Origin: Octopus sinensis
Taxonomy: Eukaryota
DNA length: 64,000 nt
Reading direction: 5' to 3'
Assembly: GCF_006345805.1 (NCBI RefSeq)
Contig: NC_042998.1
Location: 148,118,001 to 148,182,000 of the forward strand
Position 1 is the first letter of the stretch, and every line of letters starts with the position of its first letter. Below the pieces are notes generated by a model that was not told the origin of the DNA, made no database searches, and was given only the letters and a program-made list of their open reading frames with translations. This document shows, piece by piece, positions 28,781 through 42,128 of this stretch. The position numbers were made by a program, and so were the translations under genes.

Positions 28781-29029
28781 TAGCTGGACCCGTGAAAATT
28801 TCACAGAAAACATAAAAAATGTAAGCATCTGTAAATTGCGTGCTGGTGCCATGAGAAATGTTTGCCAGTTACAGAATATAGAAACAAGTGTAAAACCGAT
28901 AACTATGTAATCCAACTAAAATATCTCAGTTACGCAAACGTAAACAGAATTACTATTTAACCTTATTCAAACCTTTTTGATTTGGTGGTGCGGAACGTTC
29001 TTCTGGTATTGTTATATTGTTTTATTTTT

Positions 29030-29294
29030 TTATTTGTTTCAGTCATTTGACTGTGGCCATGCTAGAGCACCGCCCTTTAGTCGAAGAGAACAAACCCCGG
29101 ACTTATTCCCTGTAAACCTAGTGCTTATTCTATCAGTCTTTTCAGCCGAACCGCTAAGTTACGGGGACGCAAACACACCAACATCAGTTGTCAAATGATG
29201 GTGGTGGTGCGGGAGGACAAACACAGACACAAACACACACATAAATACACACAGGCACGCACTCACGCACGCGCACACACACACACACGCACAC

Positions 29295-29349
<55 letters not shown>

Positions 29350-29440
29350 CATACACACACATAAGACGGGCTTGTTTCAGTTTCCATCTACCAAATCCAC
29401 CCACAAGGCTTTGGTTGGCCCGAGGTTATGGTAGAAGACA
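29030..29440 (-). mobile_element. SINE family A
   Basis: Matches 7196-7560, with an expanded internal (CA)n. Confidence 0.8.
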
Positions 29441-29865
29441 CTCTATAAAGTATAGAGTTGAATTTCGTGTAACTACCTGTTGGCAAATTTTCTCCCTCAC
29501 CCATTTTGCAGTGGGGTATTACCCATTTTGCCGGGCTCTTTTCACAGCTATACTCCGTTCGAAATTTTCTACATGAGAAAAAGAAAGGGAGGGACGCTTG
29601 TTTGTAGTTTGTAGAGAAAATGTTAAACGTGCCTGAAAAAAAAAAAAAGAAAAAACATGGCCTCCCAGAATAAAAACCTAAACAGCTGAAAGACTTTCTC
29701 CTCTATTCATTAATAAATCTCTTTCCTACTTCTTCATTTTTAAAAGTAAAGAAGCTAGAAAAGATCGATCGTATTTCAGTCTAATTATCATTTTAAATGA
29801 CTGAGGCTTTTCTTTCCCTACCTCCATCACTTCGCTCCTTTTCTCTACGGTTAAAAGAGTGAAGA

Positions 29866-30190
29866 TGCGTGGCTCAGTGGTTAGGAGTATTCAGCTCATG
29901 GCGGTAAGGTCATAAGTACGATTCCCGGCGGCGCGTTGTGTTCTTGAGCAACGCACTCTATTTGACCTTGCTATAGTCCACTCAGCTCGCAAAAATGAGT
30001 TGTAGCTGTAATTGAAAGGGGCCAGCCTTGTCACATTCTGTGCGAGGCTGAATCTCCTTGAGACCTACGTTAATGGTGTGCATGTCTGTGGAGTACTCAG
30101 TCACTTGCGCGTTAATTTTACGAGAAAACTGTTCCGTTGATCAGATAAACAGGAACCACGTCGTCATAACCGACAGAGTGCCATTTTTAA
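29866..30190 (+). mobile_element. tRNA-derived SINE family C
   Basis: Head GCGTGGCTCAGTGGTTAG...GTACGATTCC; body repeated at 30520-30660 and, inverted, at 34400-34680. Confidence 0.7.
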
Positions 30191-30706
30191 AAAGAGTGAA
30201 AGAAAAGGAAATGTTCCTTATCGAAAGCAAAAATGTCATGTGTTAAGTATAAGTAGTGAAAGCTAAGACGAAATAATTACTATCCCGTCGTGTAGTGACT
30301 TCGCCCTCGTCTCACGCTCAGTTTGATAACAACAGCCTGCGCATTGGTGTTTATCTGGGGGCTTGGCCTCCAGATCTGTGAAGCCCACAAATACCGCTGT
30401 TAGGACCAGGTTAACACTCGTAGTGACCCTAACGACTAAAAAGATTTTCCTGCCCCTATACAGGATCTTTTTTCGTTTTCTTCCAACTACTTGAAGGTTT
30501 ATCGTGCTCCAATCCATTCAGCTGGCCAAAATGAGTTGTAGCTGTAATTGAAAGGGGTCAGCCTTGTCACAATCTGTGTGAGGCTGAATCTCTCTGAAAA
30601 CTACGTTAATAGTATGCGTGTCTGTGGAGAACTCAGCCACTTGCGCGCTAATTTTATCCTTGTGAGGTAATGAAAAGTGACAGTGACATCCAATATTTGC
30701 TGTAGT

Positions 30707-31071
30707 TATCTATGTATCTATGTATCTACTTTCCTTTCGATGCATGTATCAGTCTACTCTGAAAATACTGATAATAAACATTTAAAGACACAAAACGAAC
30801 GCCATTGTCTCTTTCACTCTCTCTCTCTCTTTCTGTCTTACTTCTTCTCTGTCCCTCTTCTCTCCTGCTTTTAATTTAACTATGTGTGTATCTATCTATG
30901 TATGTATCTACTTATCTTTCGATGTAGGTATAAGTCTACTCTGAAAATACTGATAAACATTTAAAAACTAAAAAAAGAACGCCACCTTCCTTTCAGTCAC
31001 CACTCACTGTCTCACTCACTCTCTCTCTCTCTTTCTGTCTCACTTCCTCTGTCCCTCCTCTCTCCTGCTTT
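30707..31071. repeat. Local tandem duplication (~170-190 bp unit)
   Basis: AGTCTACTCTGAAAATACTGATAA...CTCTCCTGCTTT occurs twice in tandem. Confidence 0.75.
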
Positions 31072-31583
31072 GCCACTCACTTCAACTATACCTCCTCTGC
31101 TTAACACCTTTTATTTCTCTTTTTCTTTGTATCTCTCCCTTCAACTATTTTAACTCTTCCTTTGATGTAAGTGTGACACACACCGCAGGTACCCACGTAC
31201 TGCCATTTAGGTACTGGGGTCGAAAGATTTCCTTTCAAGCTTGTGACATCAGTAGAATGAGGTAAACATTATATATTGATCGTTTGTCTAATCGATGCCA
31301 GCCTTACCTTCAAAATGGTTAGCATATCGTGTTTACTAGAAAACTTTATCAATAACTGTGAGCTGACAGAATCGTTAGAATAAGTACCAGATGTGCAATA
31401 GGGTCGATGAAATCAACTTAACTCCTCCTCGAAATTGCTGGCCTTGTGTCAACGTCTAAAACCAATAATTACGTAACAAGGTTCAGTGACATTTCTCCCA
31501 CTCTGCTTATATAAAATACTTGACTTGTTTTGGATGTAGTAGAGTGTTTCTTTAAGAATGTGTTTGTTCATTTACTGTTTCAG

Positions 31584-31728
31584 ATGGCCTTATAACTGAG
31601 AAGCGAAGTTTGGATTCGTTTGGCGAAATGATTCAGTCTGAGACTGGAAGAAATCCCTTTGATTTCAACGGATATGGAAAGTGGTGTGGCTTTGGCGGTT
31701 CCGGTGATCCTGTAGATAGCATTGATAA
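31584..31728 (+). CDS. PLA2: sPLA2 exon 2 (propeptide ending KR, N-terminal helix, Ca-binding loop)
   Basis: TTTCAG| acceptor; translation DGLITEKRSLDSFGEMIQSETGRNPFDFNGYGKWCGFGGSGDPVDSID; phase-2 donor AA|GTATGT. Confidence 0.93.
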
Positions 31729-32091
31729 GTATGTTGTTTATATATATATATATAAACCCGCTCAGATCAGCTTTGCCTTTGATCCTTTAAGGATCACTAA
31801 AGAAAGTACCTATTCAGGTCGGTGGATTAATAGAGTGTGAGGTATGATGTCTTGCAGAATCTGTTACGAATCTTTGTTTTGAGAGTAACGTCTGCAAAGA
31901 CAATGGTGAAATTGTACCCGCCGACGTTGGCAGCCTCTCCCTTGGACAAACATCAATGATACGACTGAGAGACAAGCAGAAACGTTCATTTCTCTTTATA
32001 AAAATCATACTCATGTCCCTGGAGATGCCCGATCAGTATTAGCCAACGGAATCCCTACATGATGCTTATATTACACACACACACACACACG

Positions 32092-32183
<92 letters not shown>

Positions 32184-32654
32184 CTTACTTACAAGGTGAG
32201 CAAAAGTGTACGTACGCCGCTGTATGTATACATAAATCCCCAAAATGGAAAAAGAACGCAACAGACGACAATAAAAAATCCGGACAGATAGACGATACGA
32301 AAGCGGATAAGAAAAACAACAAAAAGACAGACACTACAAAACAAGGACGGGCTTCGTGGCCTTCTCTCATCAATCAAGTTTCCAGATTATCCTTACAGTT
32401 TCAGCCAATTACACTTTAGACTGTTCAAATCTGGCCGACCCCAAAAATCTATAGCCAAGAGCATAAAATATTTTGGGAGAAAGCAAACGAATGTGTACGA
32501 CAACAAAGACAAAAAAAAAACGATAAAAAACGGAGAAAATGTTACTCATTTACAAATACAAACAAGAAAATAAGTATCTTTCGATTAATAGAGGCGAATC
32601 AAGTTTAGCTGGTGTGTATGATATGAAACCATCTGTAACATTCAGATCAATGAT

Positions 32655-32655
32655 A

Positions 32656-32738
<83 letters not shown>

Positions 32739-32764
32739 CTACTACTACTACTACTACTACTACT

Positions 32765-32832
<68 letters not shown>
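32655..32832. repeat. Compound (TAC)n(AAC)n(TAC)n microsatellite
   Basis: Read directly from the sequence. Confidence 0.95.
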
Positions 32833-32996
32833 ACACACATGCATACATACACACAACACACAACACCACCGAGGGATAAAAGGCAAAGTTGTTCTCAACG
32901 GGATGTGAATTGGAGATGTAAAATAGCGGAGTGAATGCAGAAGTAATTGTTTCCAACGTTTCTGCAGTGCAACCTCCTTTACTGTGTGTGTGACTC

Positions 32997-33091
<95 letters not shown>

Positions 33092-33595
33092 TAAATATTT
33101 ACATGATTTGGCTTCCCCTGTTTCATTATCAGTGGTCTGCTAGTGCAAAGAAGAGAGGTGATAGTGGCTTCGAAGTTTCGACCAGATGGTTTTTGTCGGA
33201 CTATAGAACTGTCCAGAATTCACCTGTGTTAAGGTACTTTGCCACACCTCGATATTTCAAGTTTATTGTTTCCTTACTCAAATCTACTTCGCCGAAGCGA
33301 TGAATTGACAAGTGCACGAATTGTTGTTTATAAAAATCAGCAGGCAATTTATTTTTTTTTTGCTGTGGGCTGATATTTGTCGAGCAGATAATAATTCATA
33401 GAGTGCAAGCAGTGAGAACTCAAACAATAACGTATCTATTCACTCTTGATACGTTCCGTCAGATTTATACCTGAATATCTGGTCTCTATTTTCCGTCTTG
33501 GCAGACTCTTGCACGCATCGGCAAATAATTTACTGATTTCTATTATTAGCAAGAGCTTGTGATCTAGTCAGATTCATCGTGCAACTATGGGATAA

Positions 33596-33642
33596 TTTTA
33601 TTGATGAGACATAATAATGTCGAAACACCAAGGTGTCTCGAA
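33596..33642 (+). ncRNA. Degenerate type I hammerhead (C3 to U) in PLA2 intron 2, sense strand
   Basis: TTGATGA-GACA-TAATAA-TGTC-GAAA-CACC-AA-GGTG-TC; stems II and III perfect, stem I weak. Confidence 0.6.
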
Positions 33643-33944
33643 GTCTCCTTTCACTGGTAAGTCGAAGTTGTTATGAACATACATTTTCTAAAGGGAGATG
33701 TTTTCCGATGAGGAAAGGTAACAGGAATCAGATATTCCCGTTCGAATATGCCAGAATGTATTAAGAATGAATATACGATATTGTTTTTTAGTTTCTCTTC
33801 TACTGAACATATTTTTCATTGGAAATTTGTGCTTATGTGTTAATGTGTTTATGGGTGTATGTATGTGTTTGTGTGTGGGTGACTTAAATATATACGAGAG
33901 AAGAAAGTTTTTCAAACATGACACAGGAATTAGTTCTTGCTACG

Positions 33945-33999
<55 letters not shown>

Positions 34000-34115
34000 G
34001 TCGTCGTCGTCGTCGTCGTCGTCTTCTTCTTCTTCTTCTTCTTCTTCTTCTTCTTCTTCTTCTTCTTCTTCTTCTTCTTCTTCTTCTTCTTCTTCTTCTT
34101 CTTCTTCTTCTTTCA
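33945..34115. repeat. Compound (ATC)n(GTC)n(TTC)n microsatellite just upstream of PLA2 exon 3
   Basis: Read directly from the sequence. Confidence 0.95.
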
Positions 34116-34171
34116 TTCCTTCATTATTATCATCACAATCAAATTGATCACTAATGTGTTTATCGTTCCAG

Positions 34172-34296
34172 CTGCTGTAGGAATCATGACCATTGCTATG
34201 AACGTGTCAATCGAGCTGAGTGTGATTCCCTCACACATACAAAAGTTTACTTCGCTTCATACCATTGGTATAAACATCAAGGGTTAATCTATTGTT
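34172..34296 (+). CDS. PLA2: sPLA2 exon 3 (catalytic His-Asp)
   Basis: TTCCAG| acceptor; translation (N)CCRNHDHCYERVNRAECDSLTHTKVYFASYHWYKHQGLIYC; phase-1 donor T|GTAAGT; phases match exons 2 and 4. Not visible in the ORF track. Confidence 0.93.
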
Positions 34297-34399
34297 GTAA
34301 GTATACACATTAACACCAAGATATTAAACGTACACATAGGTTGAGTTTTTTCGTATTTTAAACTTTAATTAATAGTTTAAACAGATTGAATACGAAAAG

Positions 34400-34680
34400 T
34401 GTTTATTCATTAACATGAACTGAACAGGATCTCCGTCGATTACGACGAGTGTTCCAGTTGATTCGATCAAAGGAACAGTCTGCCCATGAAATTAACGTGT
34501 AAGTGGCTGAACACTCCACAGACACGGGTATCTTTAACATAATTCACAAGGAGATTCGGCGCGACACAGAATGTGACAGGGCTGGCTCCTTTGAAATTGT
34601 GGTACAGCTTAATTTTTGACAGTTGAGTGGACTGGAGCAACGTGAAATAAAGCGTTTTGCTCAAGGACACAACATGTGGC
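34400..34680 (-). mobile_element. SINE family C
   Basis: Reverse-complement match to 29866-30190. Confidence 0.65.
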
Positions 34681-35781
34681 CGGGAATCGAATTTACAACC
34701 TTACACTAACCACCACGCACTTTCACATTCATCAACATATAATTTATTTTCTGTTACATAATTTATTTTTTGTTACCACTTTTGTGCCAGGAGCTCAGTT
34801 CAAGGCAAAACACACCCTGCACCCGTTTTTAACTTCATCCACACTGTTAACAGCGTGCAGGAAATGAGTCATGATTCCAAAAGTGGTAATCTGGCGGTGC
34901 AAGGTCTGGACTGTAGGCCGAGTGAGGCAGCACTTCCATCCCCTCAAGTTCTTCAAGTTTGCACTTGGTCATATTGGCAGTGTGTGCCGGGGTACAGTAT
35001 CATGCTGTAGGAGTGCGTGTCGTTGAGAGCTTATGGAAGTGTTGATTGATGGTGTTTTGTGAAGGACCAAGTTCTGCCGGCAATGTACGAGTGCTTGTAC
35101 TTGGCTGTTATTCAACTATTTCAAGTAAAGCCTCATCTCTCACACCAGCAGTTCTCCCTGACCAAGAAAGGTGAGTCCAGCCTTCCTTGAAACATTTGAA
35201 CTAGTTTTGTACTACACATTCATTGGCAATTCTTTGGGTGCAGCCCTTGTACTAGGTAATTTTTTCCACAGGTGGTGTAAAATGGCTTTAAATGCAATTT
35301 TTCACCACTCATTGTCAAAGCTACAAAATAACGAATAAGCAATTCAGCAAGAATGGATAACAAGTTATATTTAATTGATATAACATGGCGACATAATTTG
35401 CCAAAAGTGGTAAGTTAAAATTCGAAAAAGCTTTCATCTCAACCTGGTATATATACATGTATGTATGTATGTATGTATGTATGTATGTATGTATGTATGT
35501 ATGTATGTATGTATGTATGTGTGTGTGTGTGTGTGTGTATGTGTGTGCGTGTGTGTGTGTGCACAGCGCATGTGCGTGTCTTTATGCTTCTATCTAAACC
35601 GCTTGACAATTGGTGTTGCTTTGTTTAAGTCACTGTAGTTGAACAGTTCAGCCAAATAATCCGATAGAATGTGTACAAGATTTAAAAAGGATTAGTACAG
35701 GGGTAGATATGCTCGACACGGGGTGGTGCCGCAGCGTAGCTCCAGTCCCAATGATTGAAACAAAAGAAGCAATAAATACAA

Positions 35782-36420
35782 AAGAAACCGGAATTTAACA
35801 ATATTATTTTATTCACTTTGTTTTACATGTCTACACTTTTATTTGAAGCAATGCTTCGGTCCAGACGCGTTTTCCACTGTTCGAAGCAGTGCTGGTGCTC
35901 TTGCGAAGTGATGCCTTTTAACTCCGCCGACGTTTTTCTTTCCATCTGCAAATTCCGTAGCACCAGCTTTCGTCACTGGTGATGACCTTCGAAAAAAGGT
36001 CCGGATCAGTTCGCGACACGCATTAGGTCGTGACTGCTTTTGATCTTCCGTGAGCAAGCGAGGTACAAATTTTGCAGCAACTTTTTTCATTCGCAATTCC
36101 TCGCTCAAAATTCATTGGCAGGAACTCCAGGACACACCAGTCATATCAACAAGTTCGCCAATTGTTCGGTGACAATTCTCCAAGATCAGTTCATGAATTT
36201 TCGTGATGTTTTCATTCATTTGGGAGGTCGACAGTAGTCCTAACGAGATTGGTCTTCAAGCGGCAAATGATTGTTCTTAAATTTGTGTTTAGCTCATGGC
36301 TGCGCCCTTGTAAGTTTTTAGCTCATGACAGCTGTTTCGGCCGCCGTTTTCTCCTGCAGAAAACAGAATTTCATGGAAGTACGCCGTTCCTCAGCCATCG
36401 CAAAAATAATCGACGATATA
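35782..36420 (-). mobile_element. Internally deleted mariner relic
   Basis: MKKVAAKFVPRLLTEDQKQ (35839-36108) joined to the C-terminal FEQWKTRLDRSIASN. Confidence 0.8.
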
Positions 36421-36804
36421 TATATATATATATATATGCATTGTTGTACTTTGGGTGAGTCATACTGCCAATAAAATCACATGCACTGGTTATGTTTCAC
36501 TTCAGTTTTATTAGCTGTCACTTAGATAATTAATTAATTAGTTAATCGATTAGTTTGTGAAAGTCCTTTCGTAACAGATTTTGATCTTATCACAAGACCT
36601 CTGAGATGATCAATAATGATTCAATAAGTTGCTGAGGTGAAAGAGATGACAAGGTCACAGTCTGTTACAAAAGGACTTTGACTCTAATGGTTCAACTAAC
36701 TAATGAACTGGTCAAATATTTAATTGATTGGTAATAAAACTAATCTGAAATACAATCAGTGAGTGTGTGTCTTTTTATTATTAGTATGACTCTGCACCTC
36801 CCGT

Positions 36805-37026
36805 ATGGCGGTGAGCTGGCAGAATCGCTAGCACGTCGGGCAAAATGCTTAGTAGCATTTCGTCCGTCTTTACGTTTTGAGTTCTAATTTCGCCGAGGTT
36901 CATCTTTGCCTTTTTTCCTTTCGGGGTTGATAAATTATATACCAGTGAAACACTAGGTTGATGTAATCGACTTACCTACTACCCACAAAATTTCAGGCCT
37001 TGTGCCTTTAGTAGAAAAGATTATTA
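36805..37026 (+). mobile_element. tRNA-derived SINE family B, present only in duplicate copy A
   Basis: Head GGCGGTGAGCTGGCAGAATCGCTAGC...TTTTGAGTTCTAATT; absent from the aligned 48560-48590 region. Confidence 0.8.
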
Positions 37027-37146
37027 GTTTGACCCTCATAATATACAATATCAGTTTCACAACATTTTCTCATGAAGAGTATTTTAAAACAAATACAAAT
37101 ATGAAGTTTAATCATTTGTGTTTTCTTTTTCTTCTCTCTTTTCTAG

Positions 37147-37289
37147 TGAATAGTGATGAATGTCAGCAGGCTATTTGTACGTGTGATAAAAAAGCAGCAA
37201 TCTGCTTCTATAATCATCTCTCTGATTACAATGAATCGAACCAATTGCCATTCAGTAAATTAATAGGTGGTCTTTTCAACCATCGCTGA
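37147..37289 (+). CDS. PLA2: sPLA2 terminal exon 4A; join(24945-24993,31584-31728,34172-34296,37147-37289) gives 153 aa
   Basis: Polypyrimidine tract plus CTAG|; (L)NSDECQQAICTCDKKAAICFYNHLSDYNESNQLPFSKLIGGLFNHR*; carries the CxCD Asp. Confidence 0.92.
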
Positions 37290-37363
37290 AAATTTATTTT
37301 GCCTCAGCCAACTCTGGGCACTATTTTTTCATCAACAGTTTCTGCAATTCACAGTAAATCGCC

Positions 37364-37369
37364 AATAAA
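37364..37369 (+). terminator. Candidate polyadenylation signal for exon 4A
   Basis: AATAAA ~75 nt after the stop, followed by a TG-rich tract near 37420-37445; conserved in the 4B copy. Confidence 0.55.
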
Positions 37370-38658
37370 ACAAGAAAATGAGACTAAGAAAAAAAAAAGT
37401 CATCATTGCAACATTTCCTCATGTTGTTGATGTTGTTGATGTTTTCTGCCAGATCAGCCATCATAGAACACTTATGATCAACGGCAATCTCGCAGTGACC
37501 ATCCGGTCGTTTGTTTTTCAGACAAGGTGTATCTAGTGCTACTTTATCTAATGTGCCTTTCCTTTGACTTGAGAGAAATTTGACTGCTATTTCTAAAAGA
37601 CTGAGTGACCACCTCTTCATTGAACAGTCTTGTACTTGTTGGCATGAAAATTGTTAGCGCATCGGAGAAAATGGTTAACAGCATTTGGCTCTTTATGTTT
37701 TGAGTTCAAATCCCTTTGAATTGATGAAATAATGTACCAGAGAAGTACTTCAGTTGAGGTAATGAACTTGGCCCCCTCCTTCAAAAATGCTAGTCTAGTA
37801 CCAAAATTAAAAGCAATTATGAAATTAAATTTGTGCAGTACATCTATTCTCGCTTATCACTGATTCATTCAAAACTGATCTGGGATAACACGGTACACTA
37901 AACTGTGAACCATGTTGCGCTAATCATGGATTAATCCGTGATAAATGATCAGTTAACGATTCTACTTGAACAACAAAAGTGCGCCCCGGCGACTATCCAC
38001 AGTGCTCAGCTACCCAGAATGAATTGTATACCAGTCATGTTTACATCATCATGCTGGGGAACTGCGTATTTTTTTAAATACGGATTTACGTACACATATC
38101 TATCAACATGGGATCAATGAGCAGAAAAAGTATTTTTCCTTGTTATATTCTTATTGTTTACGGACCATATATTATTAAATTTTCCTCTATATATTAATCC
38201 AACTATGAAACAATATCATTATGTGTATTTAAAATCTGTTCGGGGGTGTTATTTGGTTATGTTAGTAGTGGGACTGCTAGCGGTCTCGGAATGAAACCTA
38301 TTTGTCTAATGCGTTTGATCCATTTATGAATGATTCATTTAACACTGTCTTTGTTTTAAATTAAACTCGCGTGATAAACAAGGGTAGAAATATATTACAG
38401 TGTAGGGAACACAACTGTATTATTTGAAGACTAGACAAACAGTTGAAATATCGTCTGTTTGTACCTAACCAGGCTGTGGTTACGAGCAAGAAACATAACT
38501 CATGAGTGACTAATTGTTTTGTTTGTAAGTTGCTGCTGCTTATCCCCAGGTCAGCTCTGATCGATTACTGTTATTTCACTCGTAATCATCTTATCTGAGA
38601 TTACATCGTCCACTATATCCGTCACTCACAAAGCATTGGTCAGTCCGAGACTATAGTA

Positions 38659-38938
38659 CAGTGCTGGCCAACCTGAGGCCCGGTGCAGCATGCGGCCTGC
38701 AGACTTGATACTTTCTTGAAATGGGTTTATTTAAACAAACATTTAAAAAATTTTAGCAAAAAATTCAAGATTGTAATGAAATTATAAAAGAAAGATACTA
38801 CTGTTTTTGCAACAATCATTCATTCATTATTTGCATGAGAAAGCAAAATGCTTTCAATTCTGTCAGTATACAAGCGGCCCTCAAAAAACTTTCTGTGATT
38901 AAAGGGCCCCGCAATATAATTCGAGTTGGTCAGTATAG
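38659..38938. mobile_element. hAT-type MITE inserted in a SINE A head
   Basis: CAGTGCTGGCCAAC / GTTGGTCAGTATAG TIR-like ends; SINE A sequence resumes on both sides. Confidence 0.55.
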
Positions 38939-39079
38939 TAGAAAATATTTACCCAAGGTGCACGCATTGGGACTGAACCCGAAACGTAGTGGTTGAAAAT
39001 GAGCTTCTTAATCACACACCTATACTTCTAGATGTACCCAACGCCCTTAATAAAAATTATTATAATCATTACCATTAAG

Positions 39080-39670
39080 CAAGGCGGTGAGCTGGCTGAA
39101 TCGTTAGCACGCTGGACAAAATGAGTTTAAATTCTGCCGAGCTCAATTTTGCCTTCCATCCTTCCGGTATCGATAAATTAAGTACCAGTGAAATACTGGG
39201 GTCGATGTAACCGACTAATCCCCTCTACCCGGCCTTTAATAGAAAGGATTATTATGATTATTAAGGCGGCGAGCTGGCAGAAACGTTAGCACGCCGGGCG
39301 AAATGCGTAGCCGTATTTCGTCTGCCGTTACGTTCTGAGTTCAAATTCCGCTGAGGTCGACTTTGCCTTTCATCCTTTCGGGGTCGATTAAATAAAGCAC
39401 CAGTTACGCACTGGGGTCGATATAATCGACTTAATCCGTTTTTCTGTCCTTGTTTGCCCCTTCTGTGTTTAGCCCCTTGTGGGTAGTAAAGAAATAGGTA
39501 TTTCATCAGTTGCTACCTTCTGAGTTCAAATTCTACCGAGGTCGACTTTGCCTTTCATCCTTTCGGGGTCGGTAAATTAAATACCAGTGAAACACTGGGG
39601 TCAATGCAATCAACTAGCCCCCTCCCCCCAAATTTCAGGCCTTGTGTCTTTAGTAGAATGGATTATTATC
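39080..39670 (+). mobile_element. Cluster of SINE family B copies
   Basis: AAGGCGGCGAGCTGGCAGAAACGTTAGC head at 39263; body TTCTGAGTTCAAATT...GGGGTCGA is repeated three times. Confidence 0.85.
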
Positions 39671-39679
39671 ATTAATATT

Positions 39680-40080
39680 GTTGAGTGAGAGAGCAGCGCA
39701 TGCCATCAAAATGAAGCCCTATATACTTATGACATCTCGTCTGATTAGGGTACACCGGGCACATGCATCACAACCATATATGTGCGACATGGTGATCTCA
39801 TATCAAGACAAACAGCGCATGATCTTGCATTTGGGACCCAGTTAGAATTTTCTTCAGGTTGAGTCGCTCATCCTAAACAAAATGTCCCCGAATAAGGGTT
39901 GTTTAAGAATGTTGAACAAAACACCCATGTTTCCAGGGTAGTATTATTCAAACCCCCCGAATTCCTCTCAAACATTGCTATGATGCCCCCCCCCCCACTA
40001 CTTCTGCTCGTGATCAGAGATGCTCATATCGTCAGCCACTAAGGGACATGCTCAACTGGTTAAGGTCAAACAACTGAAAT
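39680..40080 (-). mobile_element. 3'-UTR-like repeat ending in (AAT)n; second copy at 42140-42600
   Basis: Both copies begin TGAGTGAGAGAGCAG on the + strand, immediately after ATT repeats, and share GGGTACAC...CACAACCATATGTG...GGTTAAGGTCAAACAACTG. Confidence 0.6.
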
Positions 40081-40154
40081 TTCTTCTTCTTCTTCTTCTT
40101 CTTCTTCTTCTCTTCTTCTTCTTCTTCTTCTTCTTCTTCTTCTTCTTCTTCTTC

Positions 40155-41625
40155 CTGTCTTCTTAGTTATTTATGTCACGTCTCATCTTCATTCCGCTAT
40201 TTAGGGATGTAATCTTTTTTTCTCAGCACGTGTTGTTCCAAGTACTGCTGCCAATTGTGTACTTCCTATGAAGTTTGGTATTTGCAGCTTTCGATACCAC
40301 ACTCACTTTTTCGTACCACATTCACTTTTGAGGCTCTATAGATGCATTTCACTTCCAATGCTAGGTCTTGGTACTTCCCGACTTTTTTGTATTCAGAATA
40401 TTCCGATCTGCTGGTAGAGCTATATCCTTGTAGATTCATTCTTTGGACTCTTTCCGTAGGAAAGTGATATCTGGTCGGTTATGTTGCAACATTTTATCTG
40501 TGTATATTGGCATATCCCATGTGATTTTCTCTGCAATAGGCAAAATTTATTACTCATATCATCTGTGGGATCATTGTAGCCAATACTTCCAACACAACTG
40601 CTAGTGTATTCGTTCAGTCACTTTGTCACGGTATTTTTTAACTCCCTTTGCACCAGTTTTGAGTATTCACTAATTATATATATAACTGCCTCAGATGTTT
40701 TCTGACATAATTTGCACAAAGGTGATACTACTGTCATATCAATGCTACACCGACTCGATTGAGTTTGCTTGTAAAACTTGTTCTTGAGTAATAAGAATCG
40801 GTCTTTCTCTTTCCCTTAAAAAAAAAACCATGTCATTTCTATCTCCAGGATTCTTCATCAGCTTCATCCGTTGTTTGCCGGAAAAATCCCCTCTCAGAGT
40901 AGGACTTTCTCTTTCCATTTGATGATCTTTTCTTTATTAGTCTCATTTTGTACCCCAGGAGAGTCTCACTATTGTCTGTGATCACCTTCTCATTCAACTG
41001 CAACATTCTTTCATCACTATTCTTCAGATAGGTATGCAAAGGTTTGATCTCCTTCATAGAACTATCCTTTATTACCACCAAATTCATCAGAAATTTTTCC
41101 TTCATCTTCTGGCCTAATCGTAAAACACCAAGATACTTATAAGTCTCTCTGTTTACTTCCCTGATGCGTTCATCATCTGGAAGTTGCACTCCAAAGCTGT
41201 CTACTTTTCGTTCTCTCCTCAGTTCAATAACAATGCACTAATCTAGACCGAATGCAATCTGGATGTCATGAGAGAAAATTCATACAGTCTCAATAAGGGA
41301 GTCTAGTTGACCTCTGCTTGCTCCGTAAAGCTTCAAATCGCCCATAAACAGCAAGTGGTTAATTGGTCTCATGTTTTTCTGCAGTTTGTAACCAAATCCC
41401 AGCTTCCTTGGAGCCATGGAGTGCAGTAACATACTATTAATAAACAGCAAGGGTGACACAGGGTCTCTTCGAAAGTTTGCCCTCTTGATGTCGATTTGTC
41501 CAGCTTCCCTTCCACCTGCATTCAAAACTGTCTTCCAGTTCCTCATACTGTTTTGAATAAATATGTCCTATTTTTAGCTGCCCTGATCATCTCCAAGCAT
41601 TTCAGAAACTACGAGTGAAGAATCA
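40155..41625 (-). mobile_element. R4/Dong-like RLE LINE fragment ending in (GAA)n
   Basis: INHLLFMGDLKLY (41280-41546) and YKYLGV (40839-41189); (TTC)n at 40081-40154 on the + strand. Confidence 0.8.
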
Positions 41626-42079
41626 TATCATATTATTATTATTTTCATTATTATCTTCTGTTTCCACTTCTTGCCAAGTGTTTTCCTGACACTTAGGACA
41701 GAGAAACGCACTGTATACATTGGTAGGCCATTAAAATAAACACACCAGATTGTTCATTTACAGAGTCATGTGATAGAGAAAAAGTGGAAGAAAGAAGAGA
41801 AAAAAATAAAATAAAAAAAGTAAACAAGTAAACAAAGATAGCAAAGGCGTAAAGGGAAAGAAAATTCACAGCGACAATGCTCTTATCAGTACGTGTAGCG
41901 TACCATTTAAGATAATCTTTTGCACTTCCTGCATGGATGGTAAGTTAGGGATTATTCTTAAATCATTTTCAGTTCCTATTTTTGCTCGTTCCAAATGCTC
42001 CTACAATCACTAGTATTGTAACCATCTTGAGTTACCACATCTTTTCGATTTCGATTAAAAGTCTTTATATTTTCTGAGC

Positions 42080-42128
<49 letters not shown>

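Larger units (their letters stand above)
36455..38600 (+). repeat. Segmental duplicate copy A containing PLA2 exon 4A
   Basis: Collinear with 48232-50480, from CATACTGCCA(A/G)TAAAATCACATG to TTATTTCACTCGT, apart from copy-specific SINE and microsatellite insertions. Confidence 0.9.
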
